In this document: positions 35,919-45,300 of the stretch, piece after piece
Numbering within the stretch: position 1 is the first letter of the stretch
Layout: each line of letters starts with the position of its first letter
IMG/VR virus record: IMGVR_UViG_3300025151_000026
Source: an uncultured virus (IMG/VR IMGVR_UViG_3300025151_000026)
Lineage: Duplodnaviria; Heunggongvirae; Uroviricota; Caudoviricetes
DNA length: 64,000 bases
Strand: one strand, 5' to 3'
Program-made: the position numbers and the translations under genes
The notes under the pieces: generated by a model
The model's input: only the letters and a program-made list of their open reading frames with translations
The model's database searches: none
Told to the model about the DNA's origin: nothing

Positions 35919-38855
35919 TTACCTGTATGAGATCACCACCATATCGTTAGTCGTTCCACTACTTAACTTTAATGGTTGGCCCATTTGAGTAATCAGGGGT
36001 TTTAGACGAGCAGAAACTTCCAATTTGATAGGGAATCCTGCGGAACTGGTTTCCAAAACATTGTAGGAGAGTCCCTTTTCATCGCAATAATCTATGATAC
36101 CTGTAATGGCTACGGGATAAATATATTTACCCATCTTGATAAGACGTGTTTTCACGAAAGTAAATCCGGCTTCACCGGCGGCTAACTGAGCACCTGTGAA
36201 TTGTTTTACTTCGCCAGTCATCAAATCTACCCGAGTTTCCAAACGAGCGTCGGTGCTCAAGTTTTGACTAAAAGACTGACGCTTAGCCTTTTCAATTTCT
36301 TGTTCTTTGGCTCGTTCAGCCGCAGTTTTAGAAGTATCAATAGTATCAGAAGGTGAGAATGGCAAAGGTTCACCTGATGATTCCGGTTCAGGTTGATAAC
36401 AATCTAAAGTTAATTTAGGTAGCAAGAGTGCACCTACTAAAGTATTACTATCTTGTGGAGGGGTGACCACGACATAATCCGTGCCAAAATCTTGAGAGAC
36501 TACTACAGTTGTGCCAACATCAAACGCACCACTAAGCCATGGTTTAACGGTTTCACCTTTGCTGGTTTGTTGTCCTACGCCGACAGGTTGCCAATTGTCT
36601 AAATCATTCGGGTCGGGATAATCAATAACCACAGGATTTTTGTAGAGTCCTAAATAATCAGTAACTTTAACCCGATCGGTGCGCTTGTGCTCAGGTTCTT
36701 GACCTGACATCATTTGCATCATAACATTCGGGTCGCCACCTAATTCTAACCATGTAGCCACAGATTCATATAATTCAGGCCATTCAGATTTAGCGTAAGT
36801 GCCATCTAAATTAACAATAGTGCAGATAGTCTCTAAGTTTTCTAAACGTTGTAATTCTTCCTCATAGGCTTCTTCAAAAGCATCTTTAATATCCGCACGG
36901 TCTTGGTCTAAATCTCCCATGTCGGCTTGAGTCATGGCTTCATCAATAGGATTACCTAAAGGCGAGGCTTCATAATTACCTTCCATGTTATCAGCAATAG
37001 CCTTGGCTTCTTGCTCGGAATCAAATTGTAGTGGTTTACCAGCATCTTGCACAAACTCGCCAGTATCTTTATCTAAAATACCCCACTTTTGTTCGTTGAT
37101 GTTTTGAGAGGCTTCCTGAGCGACATCATTAAAATTATCTGCAGTTTCTTGGTCACCCATGACTTCAGCCGCTTGACGGCCTGCTTCGGCTGCATCTTTA
37201 ATAGCACCCCAATCCTCACGAGTTTCAGCATTATCGATCGCATCGTTAAGATTGTCTACGGCATTATCTAAAGCAGATTGCGCTCGTTCAGGATTATTTT
37301 GGGAAGCCTGTGAGTTAGCCTCGTTAGCATCGTTTCGGGCTTGTTCAGCAGATTGCTGGGATTCACTGGCTGTAGGACCTTTAGGCATATTATCTATTTG
37401 GTCACTGGCAGCCTGCTTTTGGTCATTAGTTAAATCGGAATTGTTGATAGCATCACGGAGTTCTTCTTTAGCAGACTCCATACTACCATTATCACGAGGA
37501 TTATTGGGATTACCTACACTGCAACAATCTTCTAAAGCGTCCATAGCCTCATCAAAATTACCATCTCGGGCTTCTTCTTTGACTAAATCAGACAAATCAT
37601 TACATTCTTGAGTGCGGGATTCAGATTGTTTATCAAAATCTTTTTGGGCTTGTTCACGAGCAGCCTCACGAGCCTGTTCTTGTTCCTTTTGTTCGGGTGT
37701 TTGAGGTAAATCACCTGTGAAATCTTGCATAGAGTTAGCAGAATTATCTTCAGGCTGTTGTCCTGTGCCATCACAAGGTTCGCAATCTTGGGAAGGATTG
37801 GAACTATCATTTCCACTTCCATTACATTCTCCACACTGGTCGCTTTCGCCGGGTGATGAACCTGAACCTCCGCCTCCAGATTCTTGGTCGGAACTTGAGG
37901 ACGGGTCACCACCCTCTCCAGATTCTCCGCCTTCGCCTGAACCTTGGCCTTCGCCTTGACCCTCACCACTACCTTCTCCAGAGCCTTCGCCTGAACCTTC
38001 ACCGCTTCCAGAGCCTTCGCCCTGTCCGCCAGATTCACCTTGACCTCCTTCTCCAGAACCAGAACCCTCGCCTTGGCCTGAACCTTCACCAGAACCTGAG
38101 CCTTCTCCAGACCCTTGTCCGCTTCCAGAGGCTTCTCCTCCACCACTTTCCCCCGAGCCTTGCGAGCCTTCTCCGCTACCAGACGCTTCGCCTGAGCCTT
38201 GGCCTTGGCCTTGTCCTCCACCAGACATATCACCAGAAGGTTGTCCGAAACCAGCCTGATCGTTACCCTTTTCAGGTTCTAAACCGGGGACTCCGCCTGT
38301 GCTGGGGAATGGTAGTGGGCTGGAAGGTGGGCCTCCGCCTCCGCTTGGGTCTGGGCTTCCGCCTCCACCTCCGCCGCCGCCTCCGCCGCCGCCTCCGCCA
38401 CCACCGCCTCCTGCGGGTGGCATAGCAGTCATTCCACCGCCCCCACCTGCGCCTCCCGGCGCAGATACAGGTCCGTGTGGTGTTTGCATATTAGCATTGT
38501 CGTCTACGAAAACCCAATCGTTCTGTGGTCCTTGTTTACTTCTATCATAGGTTAAAATAAGCATACCTATGCCTGATGTTAATTTGATAAGTGGGCAATT
38601 CATAAGTTTAGATTCCCAAAAGGCAATTTTCTTTTCATCGCCTGAAATAGTTAAATTAATTTTATTACCAATAATACCTGAAGGTGGGATAGCATTAGTA
38701 GAGTGAGTTTCTACAAATTGGCGAATAGAGGGTATAGTAGAGACAATTAAAGCGTTATCTATATTATAGTAATAGACATGAACCCAGCCTGTGGGTTGGT
38801 TGGCTCTAACTGCGGTATCGCCTGTGGACGGATCTAACCATAAGTATTTCACCAT
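35919..38855 (-). CDS. large low-complexity protein (poly-Gly, GEGSG repeats, DnaJ-like CxxCxGxG pair, acidic helical region)
   Basis: 978-aa ORF; composition seen directly. Confidence 0.75.
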   Translation of the reverse strand: MVKYLWLDPSTGDTAVRANQPTGWVHVYYYNIDNALIVSTIPSIRQFVETHSTNAIPPSGIIGNKINLTISGDEKKIAFWESKLMNCPLIKLTSGIGMLILTYDRSKQGPQNDWVFVDDNANMQTPHGPVSAPGGAGGGGGMTAMPPAGGGGGGGGGGGGGGGGGGSPDPSGGGGPPSSPLPFPSTGGVPGLEPEKGNDQAGFGQPSGDMSGGGQGQGQGSGEASGSGEGSQGSGESGGGEASGSGQGSGEGSGSGEGSGQGEGSGSGEGGQGESGGQGEGSGSGEGSGEGSGEGSGEGQGEGQGSGEGGESGEGGDPSSSSDQESGGGGSGSSPGESDQCGECNGSGNDSSNPSQDCEPCDGTGQQPEDNSANSMQDFTGDLPQTPEQKEQEQAREAAREQAQKDFDKQSESRTQECNDLSDLVKEEARDGNFDEAMDALEDCCSVGNPNNPRDNGSMESAKEELRDAINNSDLTNDQKQAASDQIDNMPKGPTASESQQSAEQARNDANEANSQASQNNPERAQSALDNAVDNLNDAIDNAETREDWGAIKDAAEAGRQAAEVMGDQETADNFNDVAQEASQNINEQKWGILDKDTGEFVQDAGKPLQFDSEQEAKAIADNMEGNYEASPLGNPIDEAMTQADMGDLDQDRADIKDAFEEAYEEELQRLENLETICTIVNLDGTYAKSEWPELYESVATWLELGGDPNVMMQMMSGQEPEHKRTDRVKVTDYLGLYKNPVVIDYPDPNDLDNWQPVGVGQQTSKGETVKPWLSGAFDVGTTVVVSQDFGTDYVVVTPPQDSNTLVGALLLPKLTLDCYQPEPESSGEPLPFSPSDTIDTSKTAAERAKEQEIEKAKRQSFSQNLSTDARLETRVDLMTGEVKQFTGAQLAAGEAGFTFVKTRLIKMGKYIYPVAITGIIDYCDEKGLSYNVLETSSAGFPIKLEVSARLKPLITQMGQPLKLSSGTTNDMVVISYR

Positions 38856-38997
38856 AGTTATTATTATACATGGCTCGCTATTTAAGTTTTGGTATTTCTA
38901 TGGTTTGTTTATGATATTGTTAAGGTATATAAGGGTGATGACAACCACGGTAGATTAGTGCGGCAAGAACCGCCAAGAAAAACAAAGGTGAAAAAAA

Positions 38998-39486
38998 ATG
39001 AGTAACAACGCAGATGAAATCGCAGCATTTATGAATGAACTTGAAGAGAGCCGTCCTGCTCGTGCAGCAAGCGGTCGTCGTGGGGCAACCTATGACATTC
39101 TAAAGCCAGAGTTCGGTAAGATTTACCGCAACTACGCTATTCTCTCTTTCAACCACGGAACCAGCCCTCTCGGTGCAGAGTCAGTTGTCGTCCGTATGGT
39201 AAACATGGATACAGGTCGTCGTGAGAAGATTTATCTTCAATCCTACGAAATCCAAGATTGGGACCGCTTCGTTAAGAACAACGAAATCGTAACAGTCTCT
39301 GATGAAGAAGATGGTAAGAAGAACTACAACCTTCCTGTCCTATGTGACTTCCTAAAGCAGAAAGAAGAGTCCCAGAAGAACCCCGGTCGCTTCTACAAGT
39401 CCTTCAACGCAATCGCTCGTGGCCCAGTGTCCCGTGACGACTTGCCTGAATACCACGAGGACCAAGCCCCTCCTGCTGAAGAGTGA
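38998..39486 (+). CDS. hypothetical protein with acidic tail (possible ssDNA-binding protein)
   Basis: TATATAAGGGT promoter, GGTGA RBS, biased codons, upstream of MCM; SSB call is inference only. Confidence 0.55.
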   Translation: MSNNADEIAAFMNELEESRPARAASGRRGATYDILKPEFGKIYRNYAILSFNHGTSPLGAESVVVRMVNMDTGRREKIYLQSYEIQDWDRFVKNNEIVTVSDEEDGKKNYNLPVLCDFLKQKEESQKNPGRFYKSFNAIARGPVSRDDLPEYHEDQAPPAEE

Positions 39487-39771
39487 GTGCAGAACTCCAT
39501 TGGTTAGAACCCTCTGGCCGTAAGGCTATTGATTCCAGCCGTAGGCATAGGTATCCCGCTATCTAAAGCGTGTTTAGTGCTTGTGCCTACGGCATTGGTT
39601 CCACCACTCAATTGGTTTTCCACTTCCTTTCTGGTTGAGGTTAAAAGGTGTTTGTGTTTCGGCATAGGCATTGTAATTGGGGCGGTAACCTGCGTCCACT
39701 CAATCGTCTCGGGCGGAACCTTCTTAGGAATCCATAAATAGGTGATGATACAATGATGGGTTGGTGTGAGA

Positions 39772-41469
39772 ATGGTGTCAGAAACAATTTTCAATTATGC
39801 TGAGAATTGTGTAAACCAATTTCTTGACCATAACTCTTCTGTGGCTTCTGTCTACAAGACTAAGATTAGTCATGAATATGAAGTCGGCAGTGGTATCGTT
39901 ATCAAGATCGAAGACGGCCCTCTTAATCGTGGGAAAAGAGCCAATAGTGATGAGTCAGCCATAGAGTTTACAATCTCTGATGGACAATATGCTATCCAGT
40001 GTATTGCTCACAATGGGGACAAGTCAGACCTTAATGCTTTCAGTAGTAATGAATTGACTGATATTCTCTTACTCTTAACCGAGTCTATGAGAATAGGTTC
40101 ACCTGTTAGGATTTGTGGGAACTATATTCTTCACAACAAAGAAAAGGTGTTCCGAGTCAATGCTGTTTATCCTTTGGAAGATGGCAAGAAAAGTCAATTA
40201 ACTGATGAACAATTTGAGGCATTCGTAAAACTCTGTCGTAAACATGGGACTAATCCCATGGAAGTAATGATGGACGATACTACTTTATGGCGACACGTTT
40301 ATGCAGAAACTCCTATTAAATCTGCTGTGATGCTTAGTTGCTTGAGTCCTTTCAAGAAACAAGACATGATTCACATGGCTGTTATCACCAGTATGGGTGA
40401 AGGTAAAGACCACTTAATTGAAAATGTTATTGAGCCTTTAGTGCCTTGTGGTATTGCTTCTACAGGTAAACTGTGCACCATTCCCGGTTTGTTTGGTGCT
40501 ATGTCCGGGGAAGATCTCAATTCTGTAGAATTAGGACTCATCGGTAAAATGAATAACGAGCGTATGGCTGTATCCGAGTTTCAAACATGGGGTGCAGATG
40601 TCTTCGGTGAACTAATGAATATGTTAGCCAATGGATATTATACCATGCAGAAAGGTCAAGTAGACGTTAAGCGTGATGCTATTCTTAATATGAGTTTCTG
40701 GGGTAATCCTGACAAGGACTATCAACCACCCCAAGATGGAGAGCAACCTGATTTTACTGCCAAACTCAAGATGTTAGATGTGTTCAAAGAATATAGTTAT
40801 CAGATGATTAGCCGTATGACTTTAATGTATTGTCAAATGAGCCTAACAGATGCTGGGGCTGACGAGTTCGTAGAAGCCAAGATTTTAGATGCTATGAGTG
40901 GCACTTTAGACAGTCCAGAATCTAAACACAAACTAAAGATATGGCGTTCCTTTTTCAAAGAATACTTGCGTTATGTAAGTCGTTTGGAACCTGATATTCT
41001 AAGTGCTAAACAGCATATCATAGATATTTATAACAACGATATCAAAGCCCATAAGAACTTTGACCGTGTGTTTCTAAGACGTTCTGCTAAAGAGAATCGT
41101 AAGTTTCAACAATTTATCAATCTGTCTAAAGGCTTAGCCCGCTTGCGTGGTGATGATAAAGTAGGTATCGTGCATCTCACTTTAGCCAAGAAGTTATTTT
41201 TACATAGTTTGGAAACTTTGGTAACTAACATGGTGCCGATGGGAATGGACTTAAGCGACCTCAATGCCGAGCAAATGCACTTGATGAGCACTATTACTCG
41301 GTTAGCAGATGGTGGAACTTTTGAATCTAAAGTGCAACTAATTAAAATACTGAAAGACAATGGTGATACTATAACTATGCAAAAAGTAGACGAGTTAATC
41401 GCTTCTGGATTCTTGATGGAAGGTGTCTTGGACGGAGACCCCATGATCGAAATTAATCCTGACTTGTAG
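39772..41469 (+). CDS. divergent MCM-family helicase
   Basis: IHMAVITSMGEGKD (Walker A), TGKLCTIPGL, LGLIG...AVSEF (Walker B), ISRM (R finger), LSKGLARLR. Confidence 0.7.
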   Translation: MVSETIFNYAENCVNQFLDHNSSVASVYKTKISHEYEVGSGIVIKIEDGPLNRGKRANSDESAIEFTISDGQYAIQCIAHNGDKSDLNAFSSNELTDILLLLTESMRIGSPVRICGNYILHNKEKVFRVNAVYPLEDGKKSQLTDEQFEAFVKLCRKHGTNPMEVMMDDTTLWRHVYAETPIKSAVMLSCLSPFKKQDMIHMAVITSMGEGKDHLIENVIEPLVPCGIASTGKLCTIPGLFGAMSGEDLNSVELGLIGKMNNERMAVSEFQTWGADVFGELMNMLANGYYTMQKGQVDVKRDAILNMSFWGNPDKDYQPPQDGEQPDFTAKLKMLDVFKEYSYQMISRMTLMYCQMSLTDAGADEFVEAKILDAMSGTLDSPESKHKLKIWRSFFKEYLRYVSRLEPDILSAKQHIIDIYNNDIKAHKNFDRVFLRRSAKENRKFQQFINLSKGLARLRGDDKVGIVHLTLAKKLFLHSLETLVTNMVPMGMDLSDLNAEQMHLMSTITRLADGGTFESKVQLIKILKDNGDTITMQKVDELIASGFLMEGVLDGDPMIEINPDL

Positions 41470-41504
41470 AGAAGTATAAATAGATGGTAGAGAGTAGTGA
41501 TAAT

Positions 41505-42500
41505 ATGCGTCCCGTGACTATCAGAAGGTGTCGTCGTGCATACACTATGATGCGTGACAATAATTCTTCTCTCGGTGCGGCTGCTAAGGCTGTAGGAACT
41601 ACTGCCCGAACTCTCAAGAAATACTTTCAAGATAATGGGATAAAAATCAAACGTCTCAAGGGTGGGCAGTATCGTATCGTCCTGCCACCTAAAGAATTAC
41701 GAGAGCAAATGATGTTGCTGATGCAACCACGCCCTCTGGGGAAAGGAATGAGTGCCACTCGTGCTGCCAAAGAGTTACACACTACTGTCCGAAAGATGAG
41801 GTATCAAAGAATGCCTGTAGATACTCCTGCTGGTAAGCGTTATTATCCGATTCTGAAGAAAAATGCAATTGGAAAATGGGAAACTAACTTTACTCCCGTA
41901 TCCGAAAACTCACTGGTCGTTTATGGATATATCTATGGTTTGAACGATGCTATTCAAGGAAAAGCCACACAACTTGGTCCTGACGCTAAAGCCTCTAACT
42001 CCGATCCTAATTATGCTGACATTTGGTGGCAAATTGATTTCAATAACTTTCCTTCTACTCTCACAGGTAAAAATCTAATTGGAAAATACAAAAAAGCAAT
42101 TGTAGATTTAGTCAAAAAAGAAATGATGACACCTAAAATTACCAATTTAAGATTAGCAACCAAGTTCTTAGGAAATCCTAATGTGGCTGCCGATGCTGCT
42201 GCTTCTGGTAGGGCTTCTGCTGGTGCTAATATGAAACTAACTGTGTTGGAAGATATGTTAGAACGATATGATATACATATGGATAAAGATATCAATAAAA
42301 TTAGAATGGGTATTGACGATGTTCGTAGTGGTAAAACCGACTGGGTGTTGAAGCGCAGATTAAATCCGGGGTTGCCAACCAGTAAGAGAAGTGCCACCGG
42401 AGATTTCCAAGTGATGTTCTTGCGTAGAAATGGTCTCAGCACCTATCCGAGTGCAGGTCCTAAGAAGTTGAAACTACGATATGATCTTAGCAAAGAATGA
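41505..42500 (+). CDS. basic protein with two HTH-like segments
   Basis: SLGAAAKAVGTTARTL and SATRAAKELHTTVRKM; ATG 30 nt after TATA. Confidence 0.65.
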   Translation: MRPVTIRRCRRAYTMMRDNNSSLGAAAKAVGTTARTLKKYFQDNGIKIKRLKGGQYRIVLPPKELREQMMLLMQPRPLGKGMSATRAAKELHTTVRKMRYQRMPVDTPAGKRYYPILKKNAIGKWETNFTPVSENSLVVYGYIYGLNDAIQGKATQLGPDAKASNSDPNYADIWWQIDFNNFPSTLTGKNLIGKYKKAIVDLVKKEMMTPKITNLRLATKFLGNPNVAADAAASGRASAGANMKLTVLEDMLERYDIHMDKDINKIRMGIDDVRSGKTDWVLKRRLNPGLPTSKRSATGDFQVMFLRRNGLSTYPSAGPKKLKLRYDLSKE

Positions 42501-42545
42501 TGCACGAAGGGCTAAACTAAAAATAGTTGAACCGATATATACTTA

Positions 42546-42761
42546 ATGGGTAGCGTAATGCCAAAAAATGTAAAAGGAAAAACCTGTGAAATATGTGGAA
42601 TGGAAGCCTGTTGGGAAAGCAAGATTAGTCCTATGGGATTTATTAAAGGTCACAGAAATAATGGTTTTACGGAATACCTGTCGTTTCACTATTGTGAAAC
42701 TTGTTTAGACGATTTAGGTTCAGCATTCTGGAAGAAATTAGAATACTTTAAATTAGGGTGA
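42546..42761 (+). CDS. small Zn-finger protein
   Basis: CEIC...YCETC. Confidence 0.55.
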   Translation: MGSVMPKNVKGKTCEICGMEACWESKISPMGFIKGHRNNGFTEYLSFHYCETCLDDLGSAFWKKLEYFKLG

Positions 42762-42767
42762 ATATAG

Positions 42768-42855
42768 GGTGCTGCCCCCAGTGGTGCGTCCAAGCCCACT
42801 GGCAGGTCAGTCTTTCCCCTGAGTTGCGTAGCATCTCACCGACCAAGGCAGCATA
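42768..42855 (-). ncRNA. candidate structured small RNA (about 85 nt, three-way junction)
   Basis: Stems TGCTGCC/GGCAGCA, GGTCGGT/ACTGACC, CCAGTGG/CCACTGG; own TATAAATAGGTGG promoter at 42882-42870. Confidence 0.6.
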
Positions 42856-42877
42856 CAGGAGTAGTGTAACCACCTAT

Positions 42878-43462
42878 TTATATCTTATTAACATAGTCGG
42901 GGTGAATCATCTGACCAATAGGTCCATCGTAAACTAACTCATAAGTAATTTGAGTGCGTCCCTTTTTGTCTTTGACTCCAGCATCATACCGATCGACCCA
43001 ACCTTTAGCGACCCATGGACGCATAGTAGAACCAATAACACGGGAATTGCCTTTGGTATCAAACTTATCCATGATAGCACCTAACTCTAAAGAAGTTAAA
43101 GGTCCACGTTGGTCTAAGATACGCAGAATAATCCACTTCTTCTTGGCACCACGGCGAGAACCGATGAGTTCAAACCAACATTTACGACTACAGAAACGAG
43201 AACGGTTGCCTTTACTGGCATCACTATAAGTTAAATCAAATTGATTACCACACATATCGCAATTTTGTTTGATGGGTGGATACTTAAGTGGGTGGTTTTT
43301 GTGGTGTTTAGAATCAGATAAAGGAATCTTTTCATGACCTTCAGTATAGAAACGCCGACAATATAAACTACAATAGTCGTCTTCAGAAGTATCACTACAA
43401 GTATCGATCGGTTTACCACATTGACAATTCTTTCCTGTGGCAGATAAATGTTTTACGACCAT
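42878..43462 (-). CDS. Zn-finger plus winged-helix protein
   Basis: YCSLYC, CDMC, FCSRKC; ILRIL..GPLTSLELG..GWV. Confidence 0.7.
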   Translation of the reverse strand: MVVKHLSATGKNCQCGKPIDTCSDTSEDDYCSLYCRRFYTEGHEKIPLSDSKHHKNHPLKYPPIKQNCDMCGNQFDLTYSDASKGNRSRFCSRKCWFELIGSRRGAKKKWIILRILDQRGPLTSLELGAIMDKFDTKGNSRVIGSTMRPWVAKGWVDRYDAGVKDKKGRTQITYELVYDGPIGQMIHPDYVNKI

Positions 43463-43536
43463 AATTAAACATCAGGGGAATACCTATATCTATGTAAGCG
43501 CAAAGTTATATATAGGTAATTTCAGTAAACAAGTGC

Positions 43537-44025
43537 ATGGACCCCGTAGTAACAAACGCTATTTGTGCCCTTGCAGGCGCAGCCGCAGGATACGCCGCTA
43601 ATTGGTGGCAGAACAACCGAAAGAATGTAGTTAGTGAGATATCTGACAAAGTTGGTGATTTGGTAGATGACCTTGAAGAACTGACTGGTGTAGATATCCC
43701 TGATTCATTAGAAGACCAGATTGATGATGCCGTAGAGGATGTCATTTCTAAAGTAGAAGATGCTGTAGAAGACGCAGCCGAGGCTGCTGAAGAAGCATTG
43801 GAATCTGGAGACCTTGAAGGTGCTGTTGAAGCCGTTAAGGAAAGTGTTGAAGAATCTGTGGCTGAAGCCAAGGAAGAACTTGATGTCGCTCTTGACGACC
43901 TTGAGGACCTCACTGTGGCTGGTCTAAAAGAACGCCTAACTGAATTGGGACTACCTACTAAGGGTCGCAAGGCAGAACTTATTGAAAGAATCACACAATA
44001 CATTAACGACAAGGGAGGTGAATAA
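43537..44025 (+). CDS. acidic protein with N-terminal hydrophobic helix and C-terminal SAP domain
   Basis: LTVAGLKERLTELGLPTKGRKAELIERI. Confidence 0.8.
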   Translation: MDPVVTNAICALAGAAAGYAANWWQNNRKNVVSEISDKVGDLVDDLEELTGVDIPDSLEDQIDDAVEDVISKVEDAVEDAAEAAEEALESGDLEGAVEAVKESVEESVAEAKEELDVALDDLEDLTVAGLKERLTELGLPTKGRKAELIERITQYINDKGGE

Positions 44026-44027
44026 AT

Positions 44028-44195
44028 ATGAATTGGAGAAAAATTGGAGTAGTAGCATCTTTGGCCTCAATCTTGGGTAGCATTGGTATTTACTTTGGTA
44101 TGGGTGATGAATCACTCGGTATCTTTGTAGGTCTTTGGGCTTCCGCATTGTTGTTGCTAAGCGACCGTGCTGAAGAAATGCTCAACAAAGAGTAA
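44028..44195 (+). CDS. small two-TM membrane protein
   Basis: 55 aa translated by hand, GGAGGTGA RBS, GIFVGLW. Confidence 0.65.
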   Translation: MNWRKIGVVASLASILGSIGIYFGMGDESLGIFVGLWASALLLLSDRAEEMLNKE

Positions 44196-44204
44196 GGTGA
44201 TACC

Positions 44205-44912
44205 GTGCTCGTTTGGGCAGTTATTGTCTACGATGAGTTAGAGTATCTACAACAAACTGTTAAGCGTGTCAAAGAGTGCGATAAAGCACTGTATGTGATG
44301 TGCGATGTTAATAGTCCTGACAGCGTGAAGCAATTCTTACAGGATGAAAACGTAGAGCATAGTGAATACGCCTTTGACGGTGATTACAGTGCTATGCGAA
44401 ATGAGTTAGACCAGCGTGTGCGTGATTTAGATCGCTATGAATGGATTTGTCAGATTGATGCTGATGAACTACCTGCTCGTAATCTCTTGTTAGAAACCGA
44501 GGATATAATCGCCGGGGCTGGAGTCACAAAGGTTAATGTGTGCCGTTTTAACTGTTATACTCATCAAATAGATGGGATAGATGTAGAAGCCTTGTTTCAG
44601 AGTGTAAAAACTGGCGAGATTTATCAGATGGAACGCTTATGGAATGTAGAGCCTATTGAGATGTGCAAACGGTTGTATCGTTTAGATGCTGGTATTCGTT
44701 GGCATGGTAGAATCCATGAATGGCCTGAAAGTGAGGACGATGATTGGGCTAACCTACCTATGGAAGCCGACTTTTGTTTATGGCACGAGAAAACTGAAGC
44801 CCGACAGCAAATGCAAAACGACAAATACGAAACCTATGAGGAACATCGTGAACTGGCGGCTAAGTTAGCCGAACAAATGGCATGGAAACAAGCCATGCGG
44901 GAACGATTCTAA
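44205..44912 (+). CDS. GT-A (GT2-like) glycosyltransferase
   Basis: YSAMRN, QIDADE, RLYR, WHGRIHE. Confidence 0.8.
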   Translation: MLVWAVIVYDELEYLQQTVKRVKECDKALYVMCDVNSPDSVKQFLQDENVEHSEYAFDGDYSAMRNELDQRVRDLDRYEWICQIDADELPARNLLLETEDIIAGAGVTKVNVCRFNCYTHQIDGIDVEALFQSVKTGEIYQMERLWNVEPIEMCKRLYRLDAGIRWHGRIHEWPESEDDDWANLPMEADFCLWHEKTEARQQMQNDKYETYEEHRELAAKLAEQMAWKQAMRERF

Positions 44913-45292
44913 TCCCAAAGTGTGCGTTGATTAGGGTCACGATCTGGCTCAGGCTCAATAATGATGGGTTCTTCATCTTCTTGTAGCCGTCCTTTGGCTC
45001 TTTGAATATCATTTTCGGTCTTGTGTTTACGACGAATAGACTCAATATATTCTTCTTCCTCGGCATTCCAACGGTCAAAGAATCTGGAAATAGCCATGTA
45101 TGCTGGACCCGAAAGGATACCTAAAACAGCGATATAGGCTTCAATATCTTCTCTTACTTGGTCATCAACAAAAGCAGTAGTAATCAACTGATATGACAAC
45201 ACCATAAACACTAAAATCAACGGTAGTGAAACTAAGGCCACCATAATGTTGTTGAATGTAACACGAATGTCCCAATCTATTTTCTTACTCAT
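44909..45292 (-). CDS. two-TM membrane protein
   Basis: Two hydrophobic helices; GGTGA RBS before MSKKID. Confidence 0.65.
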   Translation of the reverse strand: MSKKIDWDIRVTFNNIMVALVSLPLILVFMVLSYQLITTAFVDDQVREDIEAYIAVLGILSGPAYMAISRFFDRWNAEEEEYIESIRRKHKTENDIQRAKGRLQEDEEPIIIEPEPDRDPNQRTLWD

Positions 45293-45300
45293 TTTATCAC

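Noticed and set aside
37860..38460. GC-rich CCG/CCT tandem repeats as a non-coding repeat or array
   Set aside because: They are codons for poly-Gly and GEGSG in the 978-aa ORF; the overlapping shadow ORFs are artefacts of this.
43470..43482. TCAGGGGAA as a third copy of the bulged-hairpin motif
   Set aside because: Partial match only, no flanking helices, and it lies in the promoter spacer of the minus-strand gene.
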